A DNA stretch of 62,861 nt, filler included. It is 5 parts of 5 records of this genome, joined end to end, with 100 filler letters (N's around TTAATTAATTAA, not from the genome) between each part and the next. Parts side by side here need not be neighbours in the genome. Positions count along the whole stretch, not along the records: positions 41,649 to 54,251 come from SRR22947727_1797; positions 54,352 to 62,861 come from SRR22947727_1802; 3 more parts are not named here. One strand, written 5' to 3'. Made by a program: the position numbers and the translations under genes. Under the pieces are notes generated by a model. That model did no database searches. It was not told the DNA's origin and saw nothing but the letters and a program-made list of their open reading frames with translations. Shown here piece after piece: positions 44,307-54,897 of the stretch. Position 1 is the stretch's first letter; every line of letters starts with the position of its first letter.

Positions 44307-45296
44307 ATGTCTAGACTTCTCATACTTATATTAACACTCAGTGCTTCTTTCACAACCCTTGCATTTGATAGGGAAAACTTAATGAATGCCTGGTCTTCTA
44401 GCGTCGTTATTAGAGGCTATACAGAAGCTGGTCTGGCTTATGGATCAGGAGTTGTTGTTGCCAAAGATAAAGTCATAACTAATTGTCATGTTCTAAGAAA
44501 AACTAAGTCTCCTTGGGTTTCCTATGGTGATTCTAGCTTTCCTGTAACTGGGGTTCAAGCAGACAGGTGGCATGATCTTTGTCTATTATCAGTCTTTAAT
44601 TTACCAGTTAAACCTGTCCCACTTGGTAATAGTAGAAACCTAAAAAAAGGCCAAGAGATAGTTGGAATTGGCCATTCTGGTGGCGCACCTGTCGCATTAA
44701 CCACTGGAGGAAATATTATTGCTACTTATGATTTTGAAGGGGAAAATATTATACTCAGTTCAGCAAAGTTTCGGATGGGGGCAAGTGGAAGTGGGTTATT
44801 TGATTTAAAAGGCAACCTAATCGGTATAAATACATTCAAAACAACTGGCTATGGAAATTATTACTCATTACCTGCTGATTGGATTAAGCCATTAATGAAT
44901 AAGGAGGTTGAAACTGTTTTTCCCATAACTGGTAAAGCGCTTTGGGAGGAAGATGAAGATAAAAAACCTTATTTTTTGAAGATTGCAATCCCTAAAACAA
45001 AAAAAAATTGGGCTGAGCTTGAAGCTGTCACAAAAGAGTGGGTAAAAAATGAGCCAAATAATACAGAGGCATGGTACGAACTTGGTTATGCTTACGAAAA
45101 GCTTGGTAAAATTTCAGATGCATTAAAATCATACGATAAAGCTTTAGAGATTGACGAAAATAACTCTGATGCGCTTTTAAGGGAAGCTGTAATTTACAAA
45201 AGTAGAGGTGATTCAAAAAAGGTTGCGCAGATACAATCGACTTTAGATGCGGTTGATCCAAACAAAGCTTGGATTTTAAAAAATAATAAGTATTAA
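44307..45296 (+). CDS. Exported trypsin-like serine protease with C-terminal TPR
   Basis: Signal peptide, TNCHV, DL, GASGS; AWYELG.AY TPR. Confidence 0.85.
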   Translation: MSRLLILILTLSASFTTLAFDRENLMNAWSSSVVIRGYTEAGLAYGSGVVVAKDKVITNCHVLRKTKSPWVSYGDSSFPVTGVQADRWHDLCLLSVFNLPVKPVPLGNSRNLKKGQEIVGIGHSGGAPVALTTGGNIIATYDFEGENIILSSAKFRMGASGSGLFDLKGNLIGINTFKTTGYGNYYSLPADWIKPLMNKEVETVFPITGKALWEEDEDKKPYFLKIAIPKTKKNWAELEAVTKEWVKNEPNNTEAWYELGYAYEKLGKISDALKSYDKALEIDENNSDALLREAVIYKSRGDSKKVAQIQSTLDAVDPNKAWILKNNKY

Positions 45297-45369
45297 TTGT
45301 AAATATAGATTCAACCCATAAGATTTTTACAGTAAAATTAAAATCTTTAATTACTTAACGGATAATGTT

Positions 45370-46575
45370 GTGAGTAAGTCACCCCTTTCAAAGTGTATGG
45401 GACGAATTCAAGAGTCGCCTACACTCGCTATTACCGCTAAAGCACTAAAATTAAAATCAGAGGGAAAGGACATTATAGGTTTAGCCGCAGGCGAACCTGA
45501 CTTTGACACACCTGACTTCATTAAGGAAGCTGCGATTGAAGCAATAAAATCAGGTTTTACAAAATATACCGCAGCAACAGGTACTCCGAGTTTAAAAAAA
45601 GCAATTGTTGATAAATTACAAAATGAGAATAATCTCACTTATAACTCAAGTGAGGTGATTGTTGGTACTGGTGGAAAACAATGTATCTTTAATTTGTGTC
45701 TTGCTATTCTCGATCATGGTGATGAAGTTATTATCCCAGCACCATACTGGGTTTCATATACTGATATAGCAGAGCTAACGGGTGCAAAATCTGTTGTCAT
45801 TCCCTGTGGTATTGCACAAGAATTCAAGGTTTTACCATCACAGCTTGAAGATGCAATTACTGAAAATACCAAATTGGTTATGCTTAATTCTCCCTCAAAC
45901 CCCACTGGCTCTGTTTACTCCAAAGATGAATTAAAAAAATTAGCAGAAATTTTATTAAAGCACCCTAACGTCTTCATAGGCACTGATGATATTTATGAAA
46001 AAATTAATCTAAATGACGAACCATTTTTTAATATTGCTATGGTTGAGCCTAAGCTTAAAGATAGAACGATTATTTTGAGCGGCGTTTCGAAAGCTTACTC
46101 GATGACTGGCTGGAGAATTGGATATGCTGCTGGACCTAAAAATATAATTAAAGCAATGGGCATTTTACAATCGCAATCAACTTCAAACCCAACATCAATT
46201 TCACAGGTTGCGGCAGAAGCCGCTCTCAATAGTGATCAATCATGTATTATACCTATGGTAGAGGCTTTTAAAGAAAGACATCGTTTTGTTGTAGATGCCT
46301 TTAATGATATTAAAGGCATTAAATGTATAGATGCTAAAGGGGCCTTTTACTCCTTCCCGTTTGCAGAAGAAGCAATAAAAAAATTATATAACGATGGCAA
46401 ACTAAAAAATAATGATGACATTGCATTTTCTGAATTCTTGCTAGAGACTAAAGGTGTTGCTGTAGTTCCGGGAACAGCATTTGGAGCACCCAATTATTTT
46501 AGGATATCTTTTGCAACTTCATTGGATAATTTAAAACAAGCACTCAAGCGAATTAAAGAAGCAATAGAAGACTAG
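45370..46575 (+). CDS. Aspartate aminotransferase (class I/II PLP)
   Basis: GEPDF, NSPSNPTG, DDIY, SKAYSMTGWRIG. Confidence 0.92.
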   Translation: MSKSPLSKCMGRIQESPTLAITAKALKLKSEGKDIIGLAAGEPDFDTPDFIKEAAIEAIKSGFTKYTAATGTPSLKKAIVDKLQNENNLTYNSSEVIVGTGGKQCIFNLCLAILDHGDEVIIPAPYWVSYTDIAELTGAKSVVIPCGIAQEFKVLPSQLEDAITENTKLVMLNSPSNPTGSVYSKDELKKLAEILLKHPNVFIGTDDIYEKINLNDEPFFNIAMVEPKLKDRTIILSGVSKAYSMTGWRIGYAAGPKNIIKAMGILQSQSTSNPTSISQVAAEAALNSDQSCIIPMVEAFKERHRFVVDAFNDIKGIKCIDAKGAFYSFPFAEEAIKKLYNDGKLKNNDDIAFSEFLLETKGVAVVPGTAFGAPNYFRISFATSLDNLKQALKRIKEAIED

Positions 46576-46622
46576 ATTCAATTTAAAAGCTTTGTTAAAA
46601 TGCTCGGATTAAAACAAGTTAT

Positions 46623-46698
46623 TCCTCAATAGCTCAGTTGGTAGAGCACATGACTGTTAATCATGTTGTCCCTGGTTCGAGCCCAGGTTGAGGAGCCA
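46623..46698 (+). tRNA. tRNA-Asn(GTT)
   Basis: 76-nt cloverleaf TCCTCAA...CATGA-CTGTTAA-TCATG...TTCGA...TTGAGGA-G-CCA. Confidence 0.97.
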
Positions 46699-46701
46699 AT
46701 T

Positions 46702-46734
46702 AAAAAAAGGGCTTCAAAAGTGAAGCCCTTTTTT
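46702..46734. terminator. Bidirectional intrinsic terminator
   Basis: A7-GGGCTTCA-AAAG-TGAAGCCC-T6 between convergent tRNA-Asn and rlmB. Confidence 0.9.
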
Positions 46735-46742
46735 ATTTAGTA

Positions 46743-47483
46743 TTAGGTTTTCTGGCGGTTAATTTCATACAAGCAAATTCCTGAAGCCACACTTACATTT
46801 AAGCTTTCAACTTGGCCCATCATAGGAATTGAGAAAATATCATCACATAACTTTTTTGTTAGTCGCCTCATTCCTTTTCCTTCAGATCCCATCACCAAAG
46901 CAATAGAACCTTTAAAGTGAGTTTCTTGAAGAGGTTTATTTGCATCATCATCTGTTCCATAAACAAAGATATTTGAGCTCTTAAGGTATCTTATTGTCCG
47001 AGCTAAATTTGTCACAACTACAAAAGGCACAGACTCTGTACCACCACATGCAACCTTTCTTACAGTCGCATTTAATCCAACCGCATTATCTTTCGGACAA
47101 ATTAATGCATCAACACCCATAGCATCAGCAACCCTAAAACATGCCCCAAGGTTATGAGGATCAACGACGCCATCAAGTATTAAAAATAAAAGAGCTTTAT
47201 CATGATTTTCCTCAATAATATCCTCAATAGTTACATACCTATTTTGCGTTTCTCTCACTAACGCCACCACACCTTGATGCTTATTGCTTGAAACCATGCC
47301 ATCAAGTCTATCTTTAGTTGATAGATGAAATTTCACTTCGTTCTCTTTAATCAACTTTATTAAATCATTTACTCTGCCATCAGTTCTTGCCTCATCAATA
47401 AATACCTCCTTGACTGCTAAAGAATCTAATCTGATTTGTGAGGTAATTGAATGAAATCCATATATTTTCTTTTCAGTGCTCAT
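46743..47483 (-). CDS. rlmB: 23S rRNA Gm2251 methyltransferase
   Basis: HQGVVA, DPHNLGAC.R, GSEG.G, SLNVSVA. Confidence 0.95.
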   Translation of the reverse strand: MSTEKKIYGFHSITSQIRLDSLAVKEVFIDEARTDGRVNDLIKLIKENEVKFHLSTKDRLDGMVSSNKHQGVVALVRETQNRYVTIEDIIEENHDKALLFLILDGVVDPHNLGACFRVADAMGVDALICPKDNAVGLNATVRKVACGGTESVPFVVVTNLARTIRYLKSSNIFVYGTDDDANKPLQETHFKGSIALVMGSEGKGMRRLTKKLCDDIFSIPMMGQVESLNVSVASGICLYEINRQKT

Positions 47484-49729
47484 TTTTTCTTTTTTCGTTT
47501 AATTTTTTTATTACTTTTTTCAGACCTAATAAATGATTTTTTAAATTTTTTTGAAGATTTTTTTTGTGAGCCGATTAAGCCTAAATCAATTTTTATTGTA
47601 TCTAAATCAACTCTAATGACTTTTACTTCTAAACGATCGCCTAACCGGTAAGTTAGATTCGTTTTTTCGCCTACCATTGCATGCCTTGCTTTGTCGAATG
47701 TAAAGTAATCGTTACCCAACTCAGTTACATGTAAAAGCCCCTCAATATATATATCATCAAGCTCTATAAATAAACCAAAGCCGGTTACACCAGCAACTGT
47801 CCCCCAAAAACTTTGCCCCACCTTGTCTTGCATAAAATAACATTTTAGCCATGATTCAACATCCCTTGTAGCATCATCAGCCGTTCTCTCTGTGGTTGAG
47901 CAATGTAAAGCTACAGCTTCAATATTTTTAATAACTGGCGCCTTACCCAAAATTTGTGACTTAATTGCACGATGCACCGTTAGATCAGGGTATCTTCTAA
48001 TAGGCGAAGTAAAGTGGGTGTAAGCTGAATAAGCGAGACCAAAATGCCCAAGATTTTTACTGCTATAAACTGCTTGCTGCATTGATCTCAATAAAACTGT
48101 TTGCAGCAAATGTGAATCTGGTCGATTAGCGATCTTTTTAAGTATTTCTCCATAATCTTTTACCGTTGGTTCAGATCCGCCTCCCAGAGTCAGACCAAAA
48201 TCAAGTAAAAAATCTCTAAGATTCGCTAGCTTTTCCTCTGAGGGTGTTTCGTGATTTCGGTATATGCCATCACCAGGATTATCTAATAGATAGTTTGCTG
48301 CACAAACATTTGCAGATAACATACATTCTTCTATAATTCGATGCGCCTCATTTCTATAAATAGGCTTTATAAAGTCAATTTTTCCCTTGTCATTGAATAC
48401 AATTGAGGTCTCCGTTGAATCAAAATCTATTGCCCCTCTTTTTTCTCTTTTCTTTGATAAAAGTCTAAATAAATTTTGTAAATTAACTAAATCACCATAT
48501 GATTTTTGGTACTCCTTTTTTAACAGCTGGTCGTCATGATTTAATATTTTATCAACAATTGTATAAGTTAGCCTTGCCTTTGAATTCATCACTGAAGGAT
48601 AAAATTTATAATTCGTAATGTCTCCGTTTAAATCAAAAGTCATATCACAGACCATACACAACCGATCAACATTTGGGTTTAGCGAACAAAGACCATTTGA
48701 AAGAGCTTCTGGCAGCATAGGTATTACACGCCTTGGAAAATAAACCGAGTTGCCTCTTTCTAATGCAGATTCATTTAATTTTGAGTTCTCTTTTACATAA
48801 TTACTAACATCAGCAATTGCAACAACCAATCTCCAACTATCTTTTTTTTGCTCGGCATAAACTGCATCATCAAAATCTCTTGCTGTCTCACCATCAATGG
48901 TTACCAATGGTAAATCTCTTATATCAATACGACCCTTAAAGTCTTTTTCATTTACTTTTTGATCAAATGACTCTGCCTCATCAATAACTTCCTTCAAAAA
49001 CTCATAAGGTAAGTTGTGTTTTCTTAAAGCAATTTCAATCTCAATGCCGCTGTCAGAATAATTACCAAGAATATTTATCACCTTACCCATAGGTTTACTT
49101 CTGAAGCTGGGTTGGGTTGTTATCTCAACCTCGACTACATCACCTGTTTTTGCATCAAGGTCTAAGTCATATGGTATTAAAATATCCTGGCTAATTCTTT
49201 TATCTTCAGCCGAGACCACTGTCACACCTTGTCCCTGAATAACTCTTCCTACTAAAACCTTATTCACCCGTTCAAGTACCTCAACAATCTTTCCCTCCAG
49301 CCTCCCTCTTCTATCCTGGCCTGTTACCTGAACCATTACACGATCTTTATTAAATACCTGAGACATTTCTCTTGGGGATAAAAAAACATCATCCATTCCT
49401 TCGTCGTCTGGAATCAAGAAACCATAGCCATCTGGATGCCCCATCACACGACCTGAGCTTAAATTTATTTTTTTTGAGATACATAAAACATCTTTACGGT
49501 TAATTAAGACTTGCCCTTGTCGTTCCATTGCCCTTATTCTTTTTTCAAAAAAAATAATCTCGTTTTCTTGAATCTGTAACATTTTTATTAAGTCAGATTT
49601 TTTAACAGGCACTCCATGTTCTTCCATCACTTGCAGGATTAATTCTCTACTTGGTATTGGGTTTTCATAAAGCTCAGATTCGCGAGCTAATTGAGGGTCA
49701 ATTCTTTTAGTATTTTTCTTATTTTTCAT
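47480..49729 (-). CDS. rnr: Ribonuclease R
   Basis: GHPDGYGF, TIDGETARDFDDA, HFTSPIRRYPD, S1 domain, basic tail; start set to ATG 49729. Confidence 0.95.
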   Translation of the reverse strand: MKNKKNTKRIDPQLARESELYENPIPSRELILQVMEEHGVPVKKSDLIKMLQIQENEIIFFEKRIRAMERQGQVLINRKDVLCISKKINLSSGRVMGHPDGYGFLIPDDEGMDDVFLSPREMSQVFNKDRVMVQVTGQDRRGRLEGKIVEVLERVNKVLVGRVIQGQGVTVVSAEDKRISQDILIPYDLDLDAKTGDVVEVEITTQPSFRSKPMGKVINILGNYSDSGIEIEIALRKHNLPYEFLKEVIDEAESFDQKVNEKDFKGRIDIRDLPLVTIDGETARDFDDAVYAEQKKDSWRLVVAIADVSNYVKENSKLNESALERGNSVYFPRRVIPMLPEALSNGLCSLNPNVDRLCMVCDMTFDLNGDITNYKFYPSVMNSKARLTYTIVDKILNHDDQLLKKEYQKSYGDLVNLQNLFRLLSKKREKRGAIDFDSTETSIVFNDKGKIDFIKPIYRNEAHRIIEECMLSANVCAANYLLDNPGDGIYRNHETPSEEKLANLRDFLLDFGLTLGGGSEPTVKDYGEILKKIANRPDSHLLQTVLLRSMQQAVYSSKNLGHFGLAYSAYTHFTSPIRRYPDLTVHRAIKSQILGKAPVIKNIEAVALHCSTTERTADDATRDVESWLKCYFMQDKVGQSFWGTVAGVTGFGLFIELDDIYIEGLLHVTELGNDYFTFDKARHAMVGEKTNLTYRLGDRLEVKVIRVDLDTIKIDLGLIGSQKKSSKKFKKSFIRSEKSNKKIKRKKKK

Positions 49730-50264
49730 TAAATGAGAATAGATTGGGGAGGTTTCGCCCACCTCCTTTAAAGTCTAAGCCAAACCCGTAAACATATTTA
49801 TTAGGAACTTCTAAGCCTACAAAGTCTGCAGTCATTGATTTATTTTTACTAATTTTTTTATCAAATAAAACAGCTGTCACTATTGATCTTGCTCCCATAG
49901 ATTTTAATTCATTTTTTATATTGAGAAGTGTAATTCCCTCGTCAAGAATATCATCTAGCACCAATATATCTTTATTTTTAATGACACTAGCATTTGGCTT
50001 ATAAATCCAACTGCAATTCTTTGCTCCAATGTTTTGATGGTATCGGGTTACATGTACATACTCGATATTAGTATTAAACGAAAGCTGAGGGATAAGGTAG
50101 CCAGCAAAAGGAATCGCACCTTTCATTACCGGTAAAACAGTTACACTATAACTTAATTCTTTAAAATATTCGTTTATTGCATCTGCTATATTCGAAATGC
50201 TAATTTTAATTTCATCATAAGAGTATAAAATCTCGGAATCTTTGACTACATCCTTAATTGTCAT
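49719..50264 (-). CDS. hpt: Hypoxanthine-guanine phosphoribosyltransferase
   Basis: LVLDDILDEGITL, YVYGFGLD...RNLP. Confidence 0.88.
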   Translation of the reverse strand: MTIKDVVKDSEILYSYDEIKISISNIADAINEYFKELSYSVTVLPVMKGAIPFAGYLIPQLSFNTNIEYVHVTRYHQNIGAKNCSWIYKPNASVIKNKDILVLDDILDEGITLLNIKNELKSMGARSIVTAVLFDKKISKNKSMTADFVGLEVPNKYVYGFGLDFKGGGRNLPNLFSFNEK

Positions 50265-51124
50265 AATAAATTTTTAATATATATCTTTAATTCATCACTG
50301 TAATTCGGATTATTTAAAGCAAAAGCAATATTAGCTTTTATAAACCCTATCTTTGTTCCGCAGTCATACCTAGTCCCACTAAACTTATAGCTATAAATAG
50401 GATTTGTTTTTAGTAACAATTTTATGGCATCAGTTAATTGAATTTCATTGCCAACGCCAGCTGATACTTTATCAAGCATAGAAAATATCATACTACTAAA
50501 GATATATCGGCCTACAACACCATAATTTGAAGGAGCATTTTCAGGAGAAGGTTTCTCAACTATATCAATAATTTTCATAAGATCTTTATTAACTTCTTTG
50601 AATTCAATAATTCCATAATTAATAGACTCTGATTTGATAATTTTTTGCACAGAAATGATTGATGAATTTTCATCCTTATAATGATCTAACATTTGTTTAA
50701 GGACACCTTGTTTAGAATCAATAAGATCATCAGCCAACACAACTGCAAAAGGGTCTTCACCAATAGCCTCTTTAGCCTGTAATATTGCATGACCAAGCCC
50801 TAAAGGCTCATCTTGGATAATATATTTGCACGAAACATGACTAGGTATAACTCTATGCATTTCTGATAGAAACTTTTTTTTGTCTACTGTTAAATTAGAA
50901 ATATTTAAATCAGGATTAAATTTTAAATGATCTTGTATAGCCTTTTTTGTATTGCCTGTAATAAAAATCAGCTCACTAAAACCTGCATCTATTGCCTCAT
51001 CCACTGCATACTGAATTAAAGGTTTATCAATAATTGGCAACATCTCTTTAGGGATAGCTTTAGTTGCAGGTAAAAACCTTGAACCTAAGCCAGCTACTGG
51101 GAATACAACCTTGTTTACTTTCAT
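50261..51124 (-). CDS. galU: UTP-glucose-1-phosphate uridylyltransferase
   Basis: PVAGLGSRFLPATKA.PKEML, GNEIQLTDA. Confidence 0.95.
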   Translation of the reverse strand: MKVNKVVFPVAGLGSRFLPATKAIPKEMLPIIDKPLIQYAVDEAIDAGFSELIFITGNTKKAIQDHLKFNPDLNISNLTVDKKKFLSEMHRVIPSHVSCKYIIQDEPLGLGHAILQAKEAIGEDPFAVVLADDLIDSKQGVLKQMLDHYKDENSSIISVQKIIKSESINYGIIEFKEVNKDLMKIIDIVEKPSPENAPSNYGVVGRYIFSSMIFSMLDKVSAGVGNEIQLTDAIKLLLKTNPIYSYKFSGTRYDCGTKIGFIKANIAFALNNPNYSDELKIYIKNLL

Positions 51125-51189
51125 ATTTTACAAATTTTTTTTAGTTATCTTAAATTAAATTATGCTTGAAAAAAGACAATTTAATCCTT

Positions 51190-51636
51190 TTAATTCCAGT
51201 TTGTTTTCTTAATAATATCTTCCTGTCTTTCATCGACCCAATTTTCACTATCTTCAGAGATCTCTTTCTTCCAAAAAGGCGCGTCTGTTTTTAAAAAATC
51301 AATAACAAACTCACATGCCTTAAAGGCATTTGAGCGATGCATACTCGAAACAATAACGCCTACAATTAAATCTTTAGGTAAAAGTCTTCCTACCCTATGA
51401 ACGATCCTTATATCAGCAACATCCCAATTTTTCATTGCTTTTTTTTCAATGTCTTCAAGAGCTTTTTCAGTCATACCAGGGTAATGTTCAATCTCTAAAT
51501 ACTTCAGTTGCTTGTCTTTTGAGAACTCTCTTACATGTCCACTAAAACTTACTATAGCCCCGACATTATCTTTATCTGATAACTCTGCACAAATTTTTGA
51601 GATAGAAAAACTATCCTCTTGAATAATTATAGCCAT
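51190..51636 (-). CDS. moaE: Molybdopterin synthase catalytic subunit
   Basis: EHYPGM, HRVG.L, HR..AF, APFWKKE. Confidence 0.93.
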   Translation of the reverse strand: MAIIIQEDSFSISKICAELSDKDNVGAIVSFSGHVREFSKDKQLKYLEIEHYPGMTEKALEDIEKKAMKNWDVADIRIVHRVGRLLPKDLIVGVIVSSMHRSNAFKACEFVIDFLKTDAPFWKKEISEDSENWVDERQEDIIKKTNWN

Positions 51637-51637
51637 T

Positions 51638-51898
51638 TTAACCCCCTGTTATTGGCGGAAAAATTGCCAGTTCATCGCCATCATTTATGACAGCTCCCCA
51701 GGATGCAAGGTTTTGATTAATAGCTACCTTATATAAATTTTTATCTTCCAATAATTTTATCCAATCTTCTCCAGCCCCTAAACTCATTAGTTGCAAAAAC
51801 TCCTCTGGTGACTTCACATCCTTTGCCAAGGTAATTTCTTTATAACTAAACCCAAATCGCTCTCTTAAGCTTGCAAAAAATAATAGCTTAAGCTTCAT
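51638..51898 (-). CDS. moaD: Molybdopterin synthase sulfur carrier
   Basis: FFASLRE, C-terminal FPPITGG. Confidence 0.92.
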   Translation of the reverse strand: MKLKLLFFASLRERFGFSYKEITLAKDVKSPEEFLQLMSLGAGEDWIKLLEDKNLYKVAINQNLASWGAVINDGDELAIFPPITGG

Positions 51899-53183
51899 TT
51901 TTTTTATTAATTATTGGCTTTTCTTCAAAATCAAGGACATTATTTGGGTCATCCTCAAGCTCAACCTTTTCAATTTGCGTAAATCTTTGTGTAATTTTTT
52001 GACTAGTAATATGAACATCTTGTGCATTTTCATGTGCTTGTCGGATATTATCTGCTAATTTTTTCATCCTTGTATCAAAGCGATCAAATTCTTTTCCAAG
52101 TTTGCCAAGTTCAGATTTTATAATATGAACTTGTTTTCTGGTTTCAACATCTTTTAGGACTGCCCTGGCCGTATTAAGAACAGCCATAAGAGTGGTAGGA
52201 GATACTAACCAAACTTTTTTTGCCATTGCCTCTTGAATAAGTTCTGGGTGATAAGCATGTATTTCAGCAAATACAGCTTCTGCGGGTATAAACATCACGG
52301 CACCATCTGAGGTTTCATCAGAAATGATATATTTGCTTGCAATGTCAGCAATATGTTTTTTAACATCAACTTTAAATTGTTTTTGTGCTTTAGCTTTATC
52401 GATATCAGAAAGCTTTATATCAAACATTTTTTGATAATTTTCCATTGGAAATTTTGAGTCAACTGCAACAGTCCCCGTTGGGTCCGGAAGAAATAAAACA
52501 CAGTCTGCTCTAACGCCTTTTGAAAAAGTATGTTGAAAACTATATGAGTCTGGTGGCAATATATTTTTAATTAAACCCTCTAATTGCAACTCTCCGAATG
52601 CCCCCCTTGATCTCTTATCTCCCAATAATTCTTGTAAACTCACCATATTGGTTGTTAGGCCATCAATCTTTTTTTGTGCCTCATCAATTGTTGCTAATCT
52701 TTCCATAACACTAATAAAGGTTTGGTTTGTTTTTTTAAATCCCTCATCTAATCTTTCCTGAACCTTTCCTGTAATTGCCTCTAATCGTTTATCAACAGAT
52801 TTTGTTAGTGTTTCAACAGATGCAATCAATTGCAAAGCCGTATTTTTTAGAGAATTTTGAAGAGTTTCTTGTTGGGCCTTGCCTTGTTCAGAAAGTGTTT
52901 TATGTAATTTTTCAGTAATTTCCTCACGTATCTTTGACAATGCTTCCTGTTGAGATAACTGTAGATCATTGACTGACTTTCTAGTTGATTTTAATTCCTC
53001 TGAAACTGTCTTATTGAGTCGGTCTGAAGATTTATTTAGACTGTCGTTAATATCGACAATCATAGAGCGATGCTTTTCCTCTAGCAGTTTATCTAAATTA
53101 TTTTGCTTTGGTTCTTGGAAAACTTTCCATAAGATTAGAATACTAACTAAAAGAATTAATCCTAAAAAAATCTCAAAGAGCAT
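51888..53183 (-). CDS. rmuC: DNA recombination protein RmuC
   Basis: N-terminal TM, coiled coil, RGAFGE, VDSKFP, MFIPAE, SPTTL. Confidence 0.93.
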   Translation of the reverse strand: MLFEIFLGLILLVSILILWKVFQEPKQNNLDKLLEEKHRSMIVDINDSLNKSSDRLNKTVSEELKSTRKSVNDLQLSQQEALSKIREEITEKLHKTLSEQGKAQQETLQNSLKNTALQLIASVETLTKSVDKRLEAITGKVQERLDEGFKKTNQTFISVMERLATIDEAQKKIDGLTTNMVSLQELLGDKRSRGAFGELQLEGLIKNILPPDSYSFQHTFSKGVRADCVLFLPDPTGTVAVDSKFPMENYQKMFDIKLSDIDKAKAQKQFKVDVKKHIADIASKYIISDETSDGAVMFIPAEAVFAEIHAYHPELIQEAMAKKVWLVSPTTLMAVLNTARAVLKDVETRKQVHIIKSELGKLGKEFDRFDTRMKKLADNIRQAHENAQDVHITSQKITQRFTQIEKVELEDDPNNVLDFEEKPIINKKNEA

Positions 53184-54251
53184 TATTTTTTTGATGCCTC
53201 GAGTGCCTGCTCAACATCGCTTATAATGTCATCAATGTGCTCTATACCCACAGAAATTCTTACCATATCCTCACTCACCCCAGCTAAAGCTAGCTCCTCG
53301 GGGCTCAATTGTCTATGAGTTGTAGAGGCTGGGTGACATGCAAGTGATTTGGCATCTCCAATATTCACAAGCCTTAAAATCATTTGTAATGCATCAATAA
53401 ACTTAGTTCCAGCTTTAATTCCACCCTTAATACCAAAACTGATAATGCCTGAAGCTTTACCATTAGTAATTTTTTTACATAAACTGTTGTATTTATCATT
53501 AGGTAAGGCGCCGTAATTAACCCACTCGACACAGTCATGATTTTCTAAATATTTTGCAAGTGTAAGTGCGTTCTCACAATGTTGCTTGATCCTAAGACCC
53601 AGCGTTTCTAGACCTTGCATAATTTGGAAGGCACTATGTGGTGAAAGTGCTGCGCCTGTATTTCTTAATGGAACCACCCTACATCGACCAATGAATGCTG
53701 CAGGTCCTAAAGCTTCAGTATAAACAACGCCGTGATAAGAGGGATCCGGCTCATTAAGCATAGGGTATTTTTTTGGCTCCTTGGCCCAATCGAATTTTCC
53801 AGAATCAACTATAGCTCCACCAATCGTTGTGCCATGCCCACCCATATATTTAGTAAGTGAATGAATCACAATATCTGCACCAAAATCAATGGGTCTGCAT
53901 AGGTAGGGAGTTGGGACGGTATTGTCAACAATCAAAGGAATGCCATGCTTATGTGCAATGTCTGCAAGTTCCTTTAAATCAATAATGTTTCCTAAAGGGT
54001 TCCCAATTGATTCGCAGTAAAGAGCCTTAGTATTATCATCTATTGCCGCATCGATTGCTTTAAAGTCTCCGCCATCAACCATTTTTACATTTAACCCTTG
54101 TTGAGGAAAACTATGTGCAAATAAATTATAAGTCCCTCCGTAGAGTTGATTGGTGCTTACAATATTATCGCCTGTTCTAGTAATGCACTGAATCGCATAA
54201 GTAATTGCAGCCATACCAGACGCAAGAGATAAGGCAGCAATGCCACCCTCC
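53183..54251 (-). CDS. metY: O-acetylhomoserine aminocarboxypropyltransferase (5' truncated)
   Basis: LYGGT, HSLTKYMGGHG, NIGDAKSL..HPASTTH. Confidence 0.9.
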
Positions 54252-54351
54252 NNNNNNNNNNNNNNNNNNNNNNNNNNNNNNNNNNNNNNNNNNNNTTAAT
54301 TAATTAANNNNNNNNNNNNNNNNNNNNNNNNNNNNNNNNNNNNNNNNNNNN
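54252..54351. other. Artificial contig linker
   Basis: N44-TTAATTAATTAA-N44. Confidence 0.98.
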
Positions 54352-54352
54352 C

Positions 54353-54880
54353 AAAATAATGATTGTAGGCATTACCCCTGGACTTCAACAAATGCTGCAG
54401 AGTTTTCAAGTAATAAATGATGGCAAATCACTAAAAGAAGTCAAAGATCTATCTAGCTTTAAAGGTAGTATGAGAACTACCCTAATTAAATACTTGGATG
54501 AATTAAAAGTAAATAAGAAATTAAAAATTAAATCTTGTGAGAGTTTATTTAATAAAAACAGCAAACATCTCCATACTACGTCTTTAGTTAAATACCCTGT
54601 TTTTGATAAGGGTAGAAATTATTCTGGGTCAAATATCTTAAAGAAAGAATTACTATTAAATTTCATTGAAAAGAATTTTCTTAAAGAATTGAAAATACAT
54701 CAAAATAGCATTATCATCCCACTTGGAAATACGGTTTCATCTACAATTAGATATTTGAATGACAAATATAACCTTAAATTATCATGCTTTCTTGAGGGTT
54801 TTCCGCATCCATCAGGTGCAAATGCTAGAAAGAATATTCAATTTAAAGAAAATAAATCAAGAATGCTGAAATTGTTATAG
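54353..54880 (+). CDS. Uracil-DNA glycosylase superfamily-like protein (probably 5' partial)
   Basis: Motif-1-like IVGITPG, IIPLG, motif-2-like FPHPSGAN. Confidence 0.65.
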   Translation, partial: KIMIVGITPGLQQMLQSFQVINDGKSLKEVKDLSSFKGSMRTTLIKYLDELKVNKKLKIKSCESLFNKNSKHLHTTSLVKYPVFDKGRNYSGSNILKKELLLNFIEKNFLKELKIHQNSIIIPLGNTVSSTIRYLNDKYNLKLSCFLEGFPHPSGANARKNIQFKENKSRMLKLL

Positions 54881-54897
54881 AATTAAACTAACTAAGA

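Noticed and set aside
46623-46740. tRNA-Asn as an island integration site
   Set aside because: It is followed directly by a terminator and core rlmB, with no integrase or duplicated 3' end.
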